Positions 1 through 16,431 of a stretch of DNA of 64,000 nt are shown piece after piece (the stretch's first letter is position 1; each line of letters begins with the position of its first letter). Location of the stretch: the NCBI RefSeq assembly GCF_009914755.1, contig NC_060926.1; one strand, 5' to 3'. Source of the stretch: the human T2T-CHM13v2.0 reference genome, Homo sapiens. A program made the position numbers and the translations under genes. A model generated the notes under the pieces. That model saw only the letters and a program-made list of their open reading frames with translations, made no database searches and was not told where the DNA came from.

Positions 1-162
1 CATTTCTTGTTTGTAGAGTATTATCTGTATATGCCCTTTAGAATACAAGTACCTTGAGGGCAGAGATCAGTCTCTCATATGCATTGCTCTATCAGCAGCA
101 AGTGCCCCCACAATGCCAGGCCCACAGCAGAGCCTCCATAAATATTAATTGAATCAATAATT

Positions 163-163
<1 letters not shown>

Positions 164-198
<35 letters not shown>

Positions 199-203
199 AC
201 ACA
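164..203. repeat. (CA)n microsatellite
   Basis: About 20 CA units with one TA interruption. Confidence 0.95.
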
Positions 204-3200
204 GTGAGCTAATTTCAATTTGAATACCAAGCTTACATAAAAGCTTACCAAAGAAATTAAGTATTTATTCTGCTTATTGCAAGTGAAATCTAATTTCAGT
301 ACTGTGCATGAACGAAATATGTAATAAGGTCCACTTTGAAGGCCAAAATTGGGCTGCAGAAGATAGGCTAGGGAAGTGTCTATTTATCAAAACAGGGGCC
401 TCATGGTTAGGCAATGCCCTAAGCACTGATAAAACAAAATATGGTCTTTCAAAAATATAGTGGTTCTATATAATATCATATTTTTTTCCAATTAGACAAA
501 AAGTTTCCCAAATGGGAGTAAAATCCCAGTGGTCAAAGACCAGTGCAAATAATCAAATTGCTGTTGCTCAAAAAATAATGAAAACCTGAGTGTAAAGTTA
601 TAGTGAATTCTAGAGAGAAAAATGCTTGTGGTATAATTTTAAAAGAAATTTGATCTTTACTTTTGTTTTTCCTAAACTAGACAATCATGACCCATATCTG
701 TAAAGCAACAAGCACCCGAATAAAAGTGTAAAAGTCATTATCATGTGTTCAGTTACTTTGGTTTCATATAGATAAAAGGATCAAAACAGTGTTTGTTTTC
801 TCTTCTTTATTTAATCTCTATAACTAGGCTCTATTATTCAATAATCACATTTTTGAAATAATCATATTCTTCTGGGAAAAGTAGCTTGATTTGATTGAAA
901 ACTAAATAGGGGGCACCTCCTTTAAGAAATACAGATGACTGACAATGGATCATAAATATAGTGTGAAATACAACCCAGAGAAAAAAATAATCAGAATCAT
1001 TAGCCTTTAACATTCTCCAGAAAGCTGCAGGACTGAAATAACATAGTAAAGTAATAAAACTAGAGTGCCCCCGAGTGTCATGTTAAATAATTCTCAATGT
1101 GAAAATAACTTGTTGATAAATGACAAATGAAAGCCTAAACGATTCCTCACAATTAGAGTTAATGTTTAATTAGACAAGAAATGGAAAATGCACAGGGTTG
1201 TAGTCTAGAGTTGCCAAATAAATGGTAAACAACATTCTGACATTTGAAGGTTATGCTATTTGGCAGCATCCTTGAACACTAGTAAAATTATTTCATCATT
1301 TAGAATATACAATAATTCTTTAAAAGGCTAATTCCAATACAATACTTCCCACTGGGGGAGAAAACCAGTTTCAACTTTGTCTTCTATATCTCCTTCTCCC
1401 TTGTCATTAAGTTTGATAAATTTCCTTTTCTACATTATTCTTTGTTGCAGTCTAAAGTGTACACCTGTGCTCAGTTTTGCCGAAAGGCAGTCACATATTG
1501 TGATCAACGATGAAAATCAGACAGGGAGCCAAATTATATTGCTCTGACATCTGTCCCTCCATCTGTTAGAATTTAACAAACAGTATAAAGCAGATCTCTG
1601 ATTATATCAATGCTCTTATTCTTACATATAACAGAATAATTTTTATATGATCAAGTCTCCACAAATTCTCAGTTTTATTAAAAATAAAGCAGAAGGGAAG
1701 GCGCTAAATTTAACTTTTATTCATTGAACATTATTTCTGTACTACTCCTTCTTATACGATCAATACATGTAAAACAAAATACTCTCTTCTTGTCTGCCTA
1801 AGTTAGCAAGTATCTTATTCTTTCTTATAAACTCCTTTGCTTCCTTAGGCATGATAAACATCTCCTATAATGCAATTGCAACATAATTTTTCCATGTTGA
1901 ACTTTCTAAATCCAAGGAGCTGAACATGTTTTTTAATTACTTTGAATAATTATTTTCATAAATTATAAATTATCAATTTTTGCTCAAAGTTAATAAGAAA
2001 ACAACTTTAAAAGTTCTCTTAAAAAAAGAAACTTCAAGAGTTGTCAACTCTTATTTGATCAACAACAGCCTTAAGTGACCAATGTGTGTCTGGAGAAGAA
2101 ACTCTGTCAAAGCCCCCTGTTTTAAATTGGAAATTCGGAGGTTCAGGCACAATCTTGTGTTAACTGAACTAGGGCATAATAGCCACGAACTGGGCAGAAG
2201 CCAAATTTTGTGGTATTGAGCATGACAACCATCACACATTTCCTTTGCTTTCAGGAGGCACCCTAACGTGAGCAAGAAAATTACTTCTGAAAAGCAAAGG
2301 ACTCACGCAATACACATGGGTAGTCCAGTAACAAGAACCACCCAAAAATGCATACAGCCAACCTGGAGACAAAGAAATCTGCAGAAACCTGCAGCCTCCT
2401 ATCAGATAAAGACGTATGCTGAATCCCAATGATGAAGTTTGCTATTAAATTCTCATTTACAAATCTACATATGCTTGCTGCCCCTTTTTCTAATCGTTGC
2501 AATATATAAATATTTCTTCTCTCATCCTGGCTCTGAAAGATCTACAATTTCTATTTTCATTTTTGCCATATGTAGTAGCGGAATATTGCCACAGGGTGGT
2601 ACACCACGCATAGTTAACAGAAAGCTTCCGTAATTCATGTGACAGTTGAGTTATACCCTTTTTTCAGCTTCACTTAACCAAGAGGCATCAGAACAACTGG
2701 CAGCTCTCTGGGTGATTAAAATTAAAACAAAACCTTAAATCGTGCAAGTCCGCTAATCTCATATTATGCGTAACTGTATTATACCTTGCAAGCTTTGTTA
2801 CATTGTTCATCCTTTTGGCAATTTCCAAAAACAAAACTAAACAAACAAACTAAAATTAGGAAGCAAAATGCAAAGAGGAAACTTATAAAGAATATACACC
2901 ATACTAACTAAACTATATAGAAATAGCTAAGTTGTATTGACAATTCACAGAAATGCCGGTTAGGTACTATCATAAAGAGAATGAATATATCTGTATCTAT
3001 GTGATAACATACCCGTCTACTGACCCATCTAATTGCATGACCTACAATAATAACAGCATATGGTAAGTGGTTTAATATATGATTTCTATGTTACTATTAA
3101 ATATTTATATTGTTAATATTAATCTCAGAACTAATAAGTTGATGTACCTCCTTTTTAAGATAAATAACCAAAATCAGGTTTCAATTTTGGGTTTCACAAA

Positions 3201-4316
3201 ACAACCCCTCTTTTTCCTAGGAGGTTTTCGGCAAACTGAACTGAACTATTTCAGGAATAAAAAAGGGAAACAATAAATATTCATAGCTTAAAAATAGATG
3301 CCAGGTAATTTTAGGCTAAATATGTAATAAAGCAATGTTATTTGTAGCAGGTGAGGACAATGGAACAACTCATCAATATTTTTTCATATTGATTTTTAGT
3401 TCCATTGTTGAAAATAAGTGGCAATAGGTGTAGTGACTAAAGCATTTATCTGAAACACTGGGTCGATGGAAGAATAAACTTAGAACTATTTGTTCTGCTA
3501 TTTATTCCTTTAGCCTGTTCTGCAGATCAACTGGGATGGCTATTGCCCTTCAGTTTTCTTTGAATCCTCATTCCTTTTATTGTATAGGGTGAAAAAAAAG
3601 AAAAATAAAATGTGGGTTTGCCTCCTGTTAGAAAAAGAGAGGCAGCACCTGCTCAGAACTTCAATAGGCACAGCTAAGTCTTAACAGCAAATTGGTAAAT
3701 GAATCCTCTGCAGTTGGTTAGGTCCTAGCCAAAGGTAAGTACTTTTTCTATTAGGGTACACTTCCAGAAATGTTGGTGCACCTTAGATGATTGAAAGTCA
3801 GCTTACTTTTCAGAGAGGATATTGCCTCTTTTGTAAGTTGACTGAAGTGAAATGAGCAGGCTAACTTAAGTCTCACCCAGTTGTGTCAGGGAAGTTGCAA
3901 CTCATAGCTTAGCTTGCCTCAAATGCTATTTCTTAGCATGGGTATTAGCACTAGAAGCCATAGGTATGTATAATTCATGCCTCTTTTACTGTCTAATGTT
4001 CTGAAGTTAAAAACTGGGCAAAAAAGACAGCAGTTACTGTCTATAATACATCTTAGGCTCATACTCTAGAGGATACTAAAGATTCAAGTTTCTATTCCTG
4101 CAATATACTTAAGAACTGTGTCCTTTCAGAATCAAGCTCTTTGAAAAACATTAAGAGCTCATTAGTAATCCATGTCAGGTATGGCTGCTCAGCTTGCAAA
4201 CAGAGTTTACTTCAGTAGAGTATACATTACGTTTCAATGGTCAGTGCAGGTTTGAGGTCAACATTTAATAAACTTTTCATCTCAGGGAGTTGGCTGCTGG
4301 GGTTTTAGAATCCTAC

Positions 4317-4700
4317 CTCTCTCACAGGACCTGCCAAGATAGCCTGTTCCGGAACAATCACAGACATATCTGTTCCACCCATCCCTGCACATGCCATTGT
4401 TTTTGCAAGGGTTGCTAAGGCACGGTTTTGCTGTTTCCTTTGAGCAGGAAGGCTTCACTCCAGCAGTACTTTGAACTTCAGCCATTTGCCGGATATCTTT
4501 GCTTTGGCCATCGATGAACAAATCCCTGATGCAGCCCACGTAGCCATAGTTGAGCAGAGCAGTCCACACCTCGGTGGGGAAGACAAGGCCAGCTTTATTT
4601 TCTGGCAGCCCCCCCAGGTACAACTCATCATCCAGGTCCAGAATCTCACTCTCACCAGGAGCAGTGTAGGGAGTACGCAACGTGTTGACAGAAATGGTAC
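4317..4700 (-). CDS. NRXN1: Neurexin-1-alpha internal coding exon (384 nt; C-terminal LNS3 plus EGF-like domain 2)
   Basis: Translates (G)[32 protein letters not shown]...[35 protein letters not shown] with a six-Cys EGF motif. Acceptor tttgaaatAG|GTACC (plus 4701-4702), donor AGAG|GTAGGA (plus 4315-4316). Phase 1-1, in frame with the upstream exon. Confidence 0.97.
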
Positions 4701-6711
4701 CTATTTCAAAGAGAGGAGAATGCACAGGTCTTTAAAAAGCACCAACGTGTTATAATTATCTTTCTCTCTTTCGTCTGCTTGATGGTTAACTCCTTGGAGG
4801 CAGACAATTATTATTATTCTTTCTGTCCTCACTTTTTGGTATTTCCTAGAGAAATTAAGATATCTGTGGTATTAAGAAACTTTAGAAATAAAACAGACTA
4901 AATGGTTCCATTTGAACTCGAGAATGGAAACCTAAGTGTACAGCCAACAAATAGTGTTTGAGAGCCTCAAACAGTTCAGTCAATGCATGTATACATACAT
5001 TAAAAATAAAGAAACTGTAATTCTGTATCAGTCTCTAGAAGAAAGTCAGATTCCCCTGGGTTAGTGCTTGTTTTCAAAGCCAATATTCAATTGCAATCCA
5101 AAGAAAGATTTCATGTTCCTATTTTAACTGACTTGATTACTTTGATTGAGCACAATAGTTTCACAGATTACCTATGTCAAAACCTGACTTCATCACTCCT
5201 AGCTGTATAAACCTATTGATTAACTTACATAGTTTTGTTTCCCTTACTCATAATATGCGCATAATAATATTACCTACCTTATAGAGTTGCTCTTAGTGTT
5301 AAACAAAATAATACTAGTAATGTACATGGTTTATAATAATCACTGTATAAATGTTTGTGATTATATTTCAGTGAAAGAATCAAGTAAAACCAATTGCTTC
5401 CTTATTTGTAAACCAAGCTAGTTATTTATTTAAATTAACAAGGCTTTCTTTTTCTCACTCCAAATGTTAAGGAGAAAAATCTATTGGTTTATAAATACAA
5501 GGGCTCTAAGTCCTAAGTATGGAATAACCAGGTATTCATCTACATGGGATCATTTGAGGGTCACAGAAAAATATTAGTGGAATCTATGAAAAAAAAAGAA
5601 AGATATAAAGCATATTCCTGATCAAAACGTGCATACACACTGTCAGATTACCAAAATTCCACTGATACTTTATCTTCAGAAAGACCTTTGTACAAATGCA
5701 ACCATGATACCTGAACAGAACACCACAAGGACCCACAACCACATTATCCCAGATTTATTTCTCAGCTCCAGATTATAAGAAAGGATAGGAAGAGTCTGAT
5801 GAGAGAGAGAGGATGAGAAAAGGTCTGATAGCATGCTGGGGCATGGGTATAGAACCTCAGGTATTTAGGGAAGAGACACAAGAGAGACCTGGAGATGGGA
5901 GGTGTGATACAGAAGTAAGGACAAAAAGAAGAAGTGGAGGGTAGGTCAGGTGTGTGTAGGGAGACACATTTTAGTTGCTACACAGAATACCAAAAGCCCG
6001 CCCCAAGTGAAAACACATATCTAACTAAGGATGTAAGGCTGTGGGCCCTGATGTGCCCAGGAGTATTCCAAATCCCAGCAGAAGGGCCCCCTTCAATCTA
6101 GGCAGTCTAATGGGATCTGTCTTTGTCAGGGAGAAGGGCATGGAAGCCACTGACAAAGACTGCTCAGGTGGCCGAGTCATTAAGAGGATATTTGGCTCTC
6201 TAGACTTTCAGAGAAAGAAAAGGGAAAAGCTCCTAGGGGAGAAACACTCAAAGGCATTGCTATTTTGGCCTTCCAATGAGGGGAGCAAAATAGAGATTTC
6301 CTAGGGAAGCAGCTAAAAGAGAAAAGGACAAAGTATTCATTTTTACTGTTCACATTTGTACAAGTGTCTAGAAGAAAACTCTCATTTAGGAACATATGGG
6401 AACCATAAAATCCTATTTAGAAAAATATAAAGCATGGCATTTTGGGGAAATAAAATTTATAATATTGAAAGAGAATGGTGGCTCTTTTCTATTTCAAATG
6501 GAACGATCATTACACGCATTTTAAAGCATCATTTTTTATATAGCCCTATTCAAAATACCTAAGAAGCGAATAAACAGATGGTCCCTATCCTCTGCAGTAG
6601 CTAATGAAAGTTAGAATATGATGAGAAAGAGTGTCTTTTAATGACAAAAGGAAAGGTGGACACTTTAAAAAGCACATATTATCATGGAAAGCAAAGAGTT
6701 ACATGCAATGA

Positions 6712-7029
<318 letters not shown>

Positions 7030-7972
7030 TGACATGTTCTTAAATAAAAGAGAGAAGGATTCTACTCTATTTTCCAATTAGTTCAATAAGGCCTCCTAAA
7101 AGCCGTAGAATTTTTGAGGATTTGACGAAATGAATATCCACTATTGAGAAATTGAGAAGAAATGTTAGGAGACACGGAACTTAGCAAAGGAACAATGACA
7201 AATTATTCCAAGTGTGGTGATATATTCAAATATACATATATATAAACATATATGTATGTATGTATTCCCATATGCTCTTTTTATTCAGCTCAGATGGGGA
7301 AAAAAGCCCTGGGAAAGGCTGTACTGTCCTTGCTCAGGGTATCGTAATTCTGACACTAAGAGGACTCCTGGAGGACTCCTGAGTCGAGGAAATTCATTGG
7401 CTTCCACAACCCACTTTCTCCCTCTATTCCATGTAGTTTCCATACCTTGGTGCACTGTGTCTGCACTCACTCTAAGGGGCAAAACGGCTGCCAGGTGGTT
7501 TAGACAATCATTCATTACAGTTTGTCTGACAGTAAGGATGGAGTAACTGTGTCTCTTGATTTTTATTTATGGTGTGTTAGTGCTTGCTTTGAGCAAAGTA
7601 TTGTAAGAGAGTTCAAATAAGTTATTTTAAGAATGTGCTTGATGATATGGACAGGGTAAGATTCTTACTACAAATTTATCATTAGACTTGAGTTTTCTGA
7701 ACACGGTCATAGAGACCACAATTTTCAAATATCCCAGTGCACACTTAAACACACATCCACCCACCCACCCACACCCACACACACACTCTGAAACAAATGT
7801 TTAAAAGAAAAAAAAAATATTCAACTCTACAGCCTCTGAAGCACTTTGATATTTTCTCTCTCATCATATCATTTTATTAAAACAAATGCTGGACCATCAA
7901 TGGATTTTAGCACCAGCTAAAATGTTGTAACCCATGGTACAAAAAAATAAATAAAAAACAAAAACAGATTTA

Positions 7973-8421
<449 letters not shown>

Positions 8422-11400
8422 CTACCTTTAATTCAAATTTAATCCAAGAAAGACTAGAACTTAAATTGAGCTCTGGATTCAAAGTTAAGGAGACACATCA
8501 GGCAAATGGATGGATCAGATATCAGTCATTGGAATATTATGCAAACAGACATCATAGGATGAAGAAAATAGGGCTGAAAATCAAGTACTACTTTATCTAT
8601 ATGCTTTGCTAATTCGTATGAACTTGTATTTTAGAAAATCTTTGTAAAAGAGATGGCAAATAATCAGAAAGTAAAGAATTTAGTTCAAGTGGGATGGAAA
8701 CAATTATTTTTATATTTTGAAAATTCATGGAGTAAAAATGGTTAGAATTAATAATTAAATTTTATTACTGAGACAAATGCAAATAGAAGTTTATATTTTA
8801 GCCTAAACATGTGTCCTGAAATAGACACATTTCCAATAAGGGATTTGAATCCCAGACCTCCTTAATGACTTTTACTATGGATATGAATCAAAGAACATAT
8901 TCACCTAGCAAAAGAGTCATCACAGAATCCGAATTAGTTTAAACCAATTTAACTCATAGATATGAGCATAGTGAAATTTAAATATTAAGGTTCCCGTGTG
9001 CTTATTTTATTAAAATTGAGTTATAAAATCAGTGGTTACAAAGAACACATCAAATTAATATTTAAACCTGGTTCATTGATAATTGAAGACAATTGAGTAG
9101 TTGCCAAACTCTATATATCAATGGAAAAGGAGAATTTTCAAAGGCTGAGGTACATAAATGTTATAAATACATTTTTAAGAGAAAACAAAAATCTAAATAT
9201 ATTAATGGGTCATCCCTCTATCTTTTTCCAGGAACCACAAATACTGACATGTTCTTTTTTAAATAGTTTGATTCCTTCATACATTCTACCCCTTCTACTG
9301 AATTTATATTTGCAGTTTCTGGTAAATTAACAAAATATTTTATGTAAACATTGTTACATTAAGGCTCCTAAAATTGGGGAAAAGTTCATATTTGAGAAAT
9401 TATCTAGATCAGGGTTTCATGCTTCACTATTTAAGAATCTGAAGCACCCTGCTATGCTATTTTATTTTTTAAAGGAATGAGATCGCAACTAAAAATAAAT
9501 TATTTGTGGACATACAACTTTTATAATTTTAATGTAGAAACGACATTACATTATATTCTTACATGTAAAGCTGTTTTTTCACGACACATGTAAGAGGTAA
9601 AATGAAGGTGATAAGCAGACAAGGTAATATTTAAGAATATTCATAAACAAGTAATAAATTTATGTTTCTTGTAAAACTGTATGCAAAGGTTCAAAAAACT
9701 TTTTAAAACAGCTCTTAGTTATAAAAGTGGAAATGAAATTTACAACGTAGTGAGGTAGTTTTTCATTACCTATTAGTTTCCATTAACTTTTCTATCCTAT
9801 TTTTATTGTCTGTTCTACTTCCATAAGATTAGTTTACAGGGTGAGAAGAAACACAGAGTGAAGGTGAGATTTAAAATAAGTTAAGTTGATGTCAAGAGTT
9901 AAATTACTTCACAAGTTTAAATTACTAGGAAATGAGGAGTAGAAAATAGTGTGCTGTAATAGGGAACCCTTTTTCCTGGTGAGAAAATCCGATGTTCCAG
10001 CTCTTCAACTAACTAGCTAGCAAGTTTAGCCAAAGGATAGATCTGTTAGGCTTCAATGTGGCTCTTATGAAAAATAAAGAAATTCAGTAGATGGATTATT
10101 AAGATTCATTTTTGAATAAACAATCTTTAAATTACTGCTTAAATGAATTGTTTAAATTAATGTCAATTTTATCTATACTTAATTCTGCTCCACCTGTCCC
10201 TACACAAATGAATCAGATTTCACAAAGTTACAAATTTACTTGTCAAATTCCTAGTCTAATAACAAATTCAAACTTGATGAAATATGCACAACATAAGTAA
10301 TAAAAACAGAATACAACATTGACAATAGGGTATAATGTAAAATGTAAAATATATAATTATCATAAAATAATTTTAAAAAAGAACCAACATATTAAGAGTG
10401 GGTATTTGGTGACAGTGTAATTATGAGTGTTATTTAAAAAATTTCTGTATCTTTTTTAAAACCAATGTTATCTATGAGGTTTTTAAAGAAATAAAATTAA
10501 CTGTATTTGAAAACAAAACAAAAATACCATCTTAATATTCCACTCTCTGCTTATTACCATCTGTTTTCTGCTTACTTGATTCATCTGTGAGCTGGGAACT
10601 TCAGGAATTAAATCAATATATGAAAACAGAACTCTAATGACAAAAATTTAAAAGTTTAATAATGTCTGGTATTGGCAAGAATAAGGGGGAAAGGGCACTT
10701 CAATAACTGTAGATAAGAATGTAAATTGAAACAGCAGTTAGTAAACTAACCTGTCATTGTCTTTCAAAATTAAAATTACAATTAATCCAGCAATCCCAAT
10801 TCTCACATTCAATCCTAGAGATATTCTGACCAATATACACAAAGATTTCATGTATGAAGGAATTATCTATAAACTAGTTTAAAACAGTGAAGGTTTAAAA
10901 AAGTAAAAATTCAAATGTTCTTCCATAGAGAAATGCCTAAATATCAGTATGTTCAAACTAAGGTATGTATGGTGTCACTACAAAGAATGGCACAGAAAAA
11001 GCTATCTTTAAGTTTTTTTGTTACACAGTAATTGGTAAACTATAATCTTGACTATAGAAAAAAGGCTGTATAAGTATTTTATGTGTGTGAACATATTTAT
11101 AGATATATTGATGCCTAGAAGAAGAACTGGGAATTTTTCAACGCCAAATTATTTTAGTGGTTATCTATGGAGAACAGAGTAAATTGATGAGGGAATGTAT
11201 GGTAAGGGGAAACGCTTCACTTAGCTAGTTTTTGAATTGCCTGAACGTGTTCACCAAAAGTATGTATTTATATATTAAATACATCATGCATTACAAAAAT
11301 GCACATATATAAACACACATACACATTCACAGCAATGTATAGACACATATACATTTTAAACATGATCATACACAATGGAAGGTTGTAAATATCAATCAAA

Positions 11401-11812
11401 TAACATTCTGCAGCAATTGAAATATTATTTTGCAGAAGTTCCACAGATTTCCACTCAGCATTCCACAGTAAGGGTCACTAGGTCCGCGTGTGGTCAGTAA
11501 ACTGCCTATCTTCTTAGGGTGCTACTGATGCCATAGTCCAGAGTCTGCCCCTTAGCTAGGCAAGCCCAATGAAGAGATTTGGTAGATTTTCAGAGGGCGG
11601 TTTCATTTCCCAGGTTTGACTGATATTTACTAACTCCATAACAGCAATGTATAAAACAAGAATGCCAAGTTATTGATTTCCTCTGAGGAATTACCTATTA
11701 CAGGACATGAAATACTTCCCATGTAGCTCTGCCAATATGGATGTCAATTATAATCAAATATTACTTATTCATTTATGATGAGAAATTTACTTGTTACAGG
11801 AATGTGAATACT

Positions 11813-12148
11813 CATATGCATTCCTCAGTATCTGTGGAAATTGGTTCCAGGATCTCCTGGAGACACCAAAATCTGTGGATACTTGAGTTCCTGATACAAA
11901 ATGGCTTAGTATTTGCATATAACCTATGCACATCCTCCCATGTACTTTAAATCATCTCTAAACTACTTATATCTAATACAATGTAAATGCTACATAGTTA
12001 TTATACTGCATTGTTTAAGAAACAATGACAAGAAAAAATGTCTGTATATATTCAGAGCAGACTCAATTTTTTTCCAATTATTTTCAATCCATAGTTGATT
12101 GAATCCACAGATGCAAAACCCACAAAAAATGGGGGGCCGGGCCGACTG
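11813..12148 (+). mobile_element. MER2/Tigger-family DNA transposon relic
   Basis: Motifs tcagtatctgtgg..ttggttccaggatc, gtatttgcatataacctatgcacatcctccc and terminal ccgactg|ta recalled from the MER2 consensus. Confidence 0.75.
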
Positions 12149-15100
12149 TATACATAACTGGTCTATTTTCTCCCTCCACTCTAATCAGACTTACAATGGG
12201 AACTAAATCTTAATCAAAAGAGTGCATGGGGAACATGGATTCTGAACAAGAAGAATGCATGAGATAAGGAAATGTATAGTAATATTGGCCTGGGAAGGCT
12301 TGACACCCTTATCTCAGTTAAATGACCTGCCTCCATCTTTACAGTGGGGATGAAGTTGTCAAGTTCGCTAAGCAGTGTTCAGAAGATTACTGCTAATATT
12401 TGCCCCTGTGAGTTTCTTTTCTTTAGATATGTTAATACATTTAAGTTCTACAAGCCCAGGGGCCTAGCTCAGGTACTTCTGAAAAGCTCTGCTCTGAATC
12501 TTTGCTTATGATTCCATAATTCCCAGAAAATAAATTTTGCTACTTAGATGATCTTGAGCAAAAGAGTACATAACACCATATTAAACAGATAGCCTGAAAA
12601 ATTATGTTTATACTCTAACTGCAACTATATAAAATATATATAATGTTAACAAAAACTGAAGGAAAATGTACAAATATAAAAAATACTTTGAGTGTGGAGA
12701 AACAATAAATGATTTTTTTCTATAAACTTCTTCAGAATAAATAAATATAAACATTTTAATAAAACTTAACATTACAATTTTAAGCAAAATTGACCCCATC
12801 TGGTCATATGATCAAAGAACTAGTAAATTATTGGTAAGGTATTTCGGTGTTTCCTCTGATGAATAGTGGTTTATGGGTGTGGATATGAAACAAAATATAA
12901 ATGCACTTAAAATTACTTCAATGTATATAACAGGCTACTAGGCAGAGGCATGGGAGGAACATTTACAGTCAGAGGGCAAGTTCAAACAAGACCTAAGCAG
13001 AGAAATTGTCTAATGGTTGTTCAAGTAGAAATGTTTAAGTGTGGTGATTCATGAATGGTGTACACAGAAATCAGTGCTGGTAATAGATAGCTAGAAAGTG
13101 CTGTTCACATCAAACAGTGATTACTATAAACCTCTAATTATGTGCTCTTGAGAGAGCCTTGTACCTTTCCCACTGTAATATCTAGTTCTTAAACTGGAAC
13201 TCTACGACTTCAATTCAAATCTCAATGGCTTCTTAGCTGTTAAATGTAGGCTTACCCATGAATAACCGCTGACACAATCAGCTGTACCCTGCTGTATACA
13301 AGCCAACTTTGACAAGAATAATGAGTTTTCTCTTTGATTTCAATGTGTAATGATGGTTTACAAAATAAATAAATAAATAAATAAATAAAATAAGACTGGC
13401 AGTTTGCTATAAAAATACTTGAGAGGGTACTTTGACTGAGCCAGAGTTTAACACAAATTTAAACAATATTTGTGCCCCAAGAAAACAATCATTAACCTCA
13501 TCCTAATTGTAACTCCATTCACAGTTTAGCTAAATACCTGGGCAGCTGTTTTGTGTTGAGGGTGGGACCAGAGAAGAGGCAAAGGGGAAGTCTGGAAAGA
13601 GAGAGACTGGTTTAAAAACAACAACAACAACAAAAACGCTCAGCTGTAAGTCCTGCAAAAATTGCAAAGTAATGGGCCTCTTCAATCATATTTATTAAGT
13701 CCACTGACTTAGGGGTTTTGCCCTGTTAGTAGCTAAGTTATCCACAGAGGTTATTTACATTTTGCAGCACTGAAGTCATCCACTCTGATTCACTAAATCA
13801 TGCCTGCACTTGGTATGGTTTCTCCTTTGCTAGCTTACTGCAGGATCTGGAAGTGCCATTTACGGCTCAGCCCACTTGGCTTTCCATGTCCCTGACCCTT
13901 TAGTGAGCAGGCAGTGGAAGAAAGCTGCACTGCACATAAAGAACAGCTATAGCCAAGCAGAATTAGTCAAACTGTGGAAATTAGAGTGAATTTTCCCCAT
14001 GTCTCAGATTGGAAGAAGGAACATATGTTAGAAATAACCAGTTACAATCAGTTTTGCCAAAATGAGAAAGTTTTAGAAAATTACACATAAAGGTGTTATT
14101 TCTCATTGAATAAGGGGTTCATATACCCCTTTCAGTGAACTAAAGACCAAAGAACCAAAGGGAAGGCCACCAAAAAGATGGACATCCTAGGTTCTTGTCA
14201 AGAGCACACTTACTGTGGTTGCATATCCCAGTCCTCAGAAAGGAGTTACCACCTTCCTTCTTGATGGATTTTCCTGCTCCCTAAATGTCTGCAAAATGAT
14301 ATAGGGACCTCAAGACCAAGAAGGGACAGAAGTCCTGTTCTCATAAAAACTTGTCATTTTTGTACCAGGTTTACACATTCGCTAACAATTATTTAACTTT
14401 CTCAGTGGCTTATTTCAAACATCTGGGCTTGGAGGATGGTGTTGCATTCACAAGAGAACACCAGTTTTTATCCTATATCATATAAACTGCTTTCAGAAAG
14501 TAATGTAATTTAAATAAATGCTTACAGTTAAAAAAGTTGCATTTACAATTAAAAGAGTGCCATTATTCTCCAAATGTAAAAAATGATGCTGCTAATTTAT
14601 TTTATTTTATTTTTTTTTAGAGTATCAGGGGTTGTTTGGCACTGTACTACTTACATGTTTTTAATCTTTAGTTTTTCTTATACCAAATATATACTGAACA
14701 ACTGCTATACCCAGGAATGTACTAGAAACTGTGGATAAAAAAATAAATACAATTTTCTCTATCTGGGATGGAAATTATGAACCTTATAAAGTGGGTAATA
14801 TTAAAATTAAATCATTTGTGTCCACCAAATATGATTTTAACCCTCTCTCTATCCAAAAATAACCACTACTTAGATTGGCAGCAAATTAATGACCATAATG
14901 GTCTCATTATATTTCTATTTACTTTAGTATGGCCAACAGCAGAAAGAATTGCTCTTAGGCGTGGGTTCCCTCTACTTTAATAACAGAGATAATAAGGCTT
15001 TTAAAATACTGAGCTAAGGAATATTCCAGGCAAATCAACAGATATGGCCTCATTATCTGTATGTCAGAAAGGAGCCCATGTTACCCTCTTGTCATAGCAG

Positions 15101-16287
15101 TACACTTTCTCCACATTATATGAAAAATAATATTCATATAGCCCCTGAATATAACTGATATAAAAAATGGGTAAAATAAATTATTTCATGAAATTTCCAT
15201 GTTTCTTAGTTGTAAGTGACCTCTGAATCTTACTGTTTCACCAGCCAAATCAGAAATATCCTTTAAGTAAAATAAAAGCAAGTATAGCCATTCATTCAAT
15301 TTTTAAAAGGCTACTCCATACCAAACCAATGCAGTGTGCAAATATGGAACTTAATTAAAATACTATATATAAAATATTAACAGCTGCTATTAAAATTACA
15401 TTAAACACCCTTGAGCTAGGCTAACCTAATATGAGCTCTATTTTTTTTCAATTTAATAAAGGACAGAACTTGGCTTAGTGAATGAACTTTGGTTTTTATA
15501 TTGTTTGTACCAATTCACTAATCTGAAATTTTAATCACATAAAAGTACTTTACCATCACAACAGCACCAAGCATAGTAATCTGATCTTTCCACTGGATTC
15601 AAAGAAAAATCTCATGCTTCGTTTATTTTCTTTCTTAGATGCAAACAACACTTCCTTAGAACGTGTTTCTGTTCTTCCCATACAGAATTGAGCTTTGTAA
15701 ATTAAAGTAGATATCATCTAATTTTGACCTTCTCCAATGAGGGTACAAATAGAGTAATTAATAAACTCTTGGTAATTTGGATGAATTAAAGAGCTTAAAC
15801 AGAAAAAGTAGATTTTATTCTGCTTGAAGATTAAAGTATTTATCTGATAATTAATTAGATTGCATCAATACTTTCTCCTTATAATAAGAAACCTCATAAA
15901 ATATTCAAAATAATTTTGTTCTCTGTGAGTATGTGTATATGTGCATGTGTGGCATGTATGTACATATGCATATATATACATACATATACACATATACATG
16001 TAGAGAGAGACATGCACACATATATAGACACACACACAATTTACATAGAAGAAAGACTGGAAAGAAATACCCAAAAATATAAATCATTATTTTCAAATGA
16101 ATAATGAATACTTTCCTTTTTCTTTTATATTATTTTGTATTTACTAGTATTTTGAATTAATCGTGTATTACATTCATATAGTTAGAAAATTCCTCATTTC
16201 TAAGTGAATGAAAAGCAATTGATTTGATGTTTGGTGTTTTTTTTCTCCTCTGAACTTTCAGAAGATAACCGTCTAATCTGATATGGG

Positions 16288-16431
16288 TTGTTTTGTGTTG
16301 TTTTGTTGTTTTGAGACAAGGTCTTGCTCTGTTGCCCAGGCTGGAGTGCAATGGTATGATCACGGCTCACTGCAGCCTGGAACTCTTGGGCTCAAGTGAT
16401 CCTAAGTGTGGGGATTACAGGTGTGAACCAC
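16288..16431 (-). mobile_element. Short or internally deleted old Alu (monomer-like)
   Basis: gagacaaggtcttgctctgttgcccaggctggagtgc...gggattacaggtgtgaaccac. Confidence 0.8.

Noticed and set aside
14103-14138. Small imperfect hairpin (tcattgaataaggggt...acccctttcagtga)
   Set aside because: Too short and bulged for a miRNA precursor; within chance expectation.
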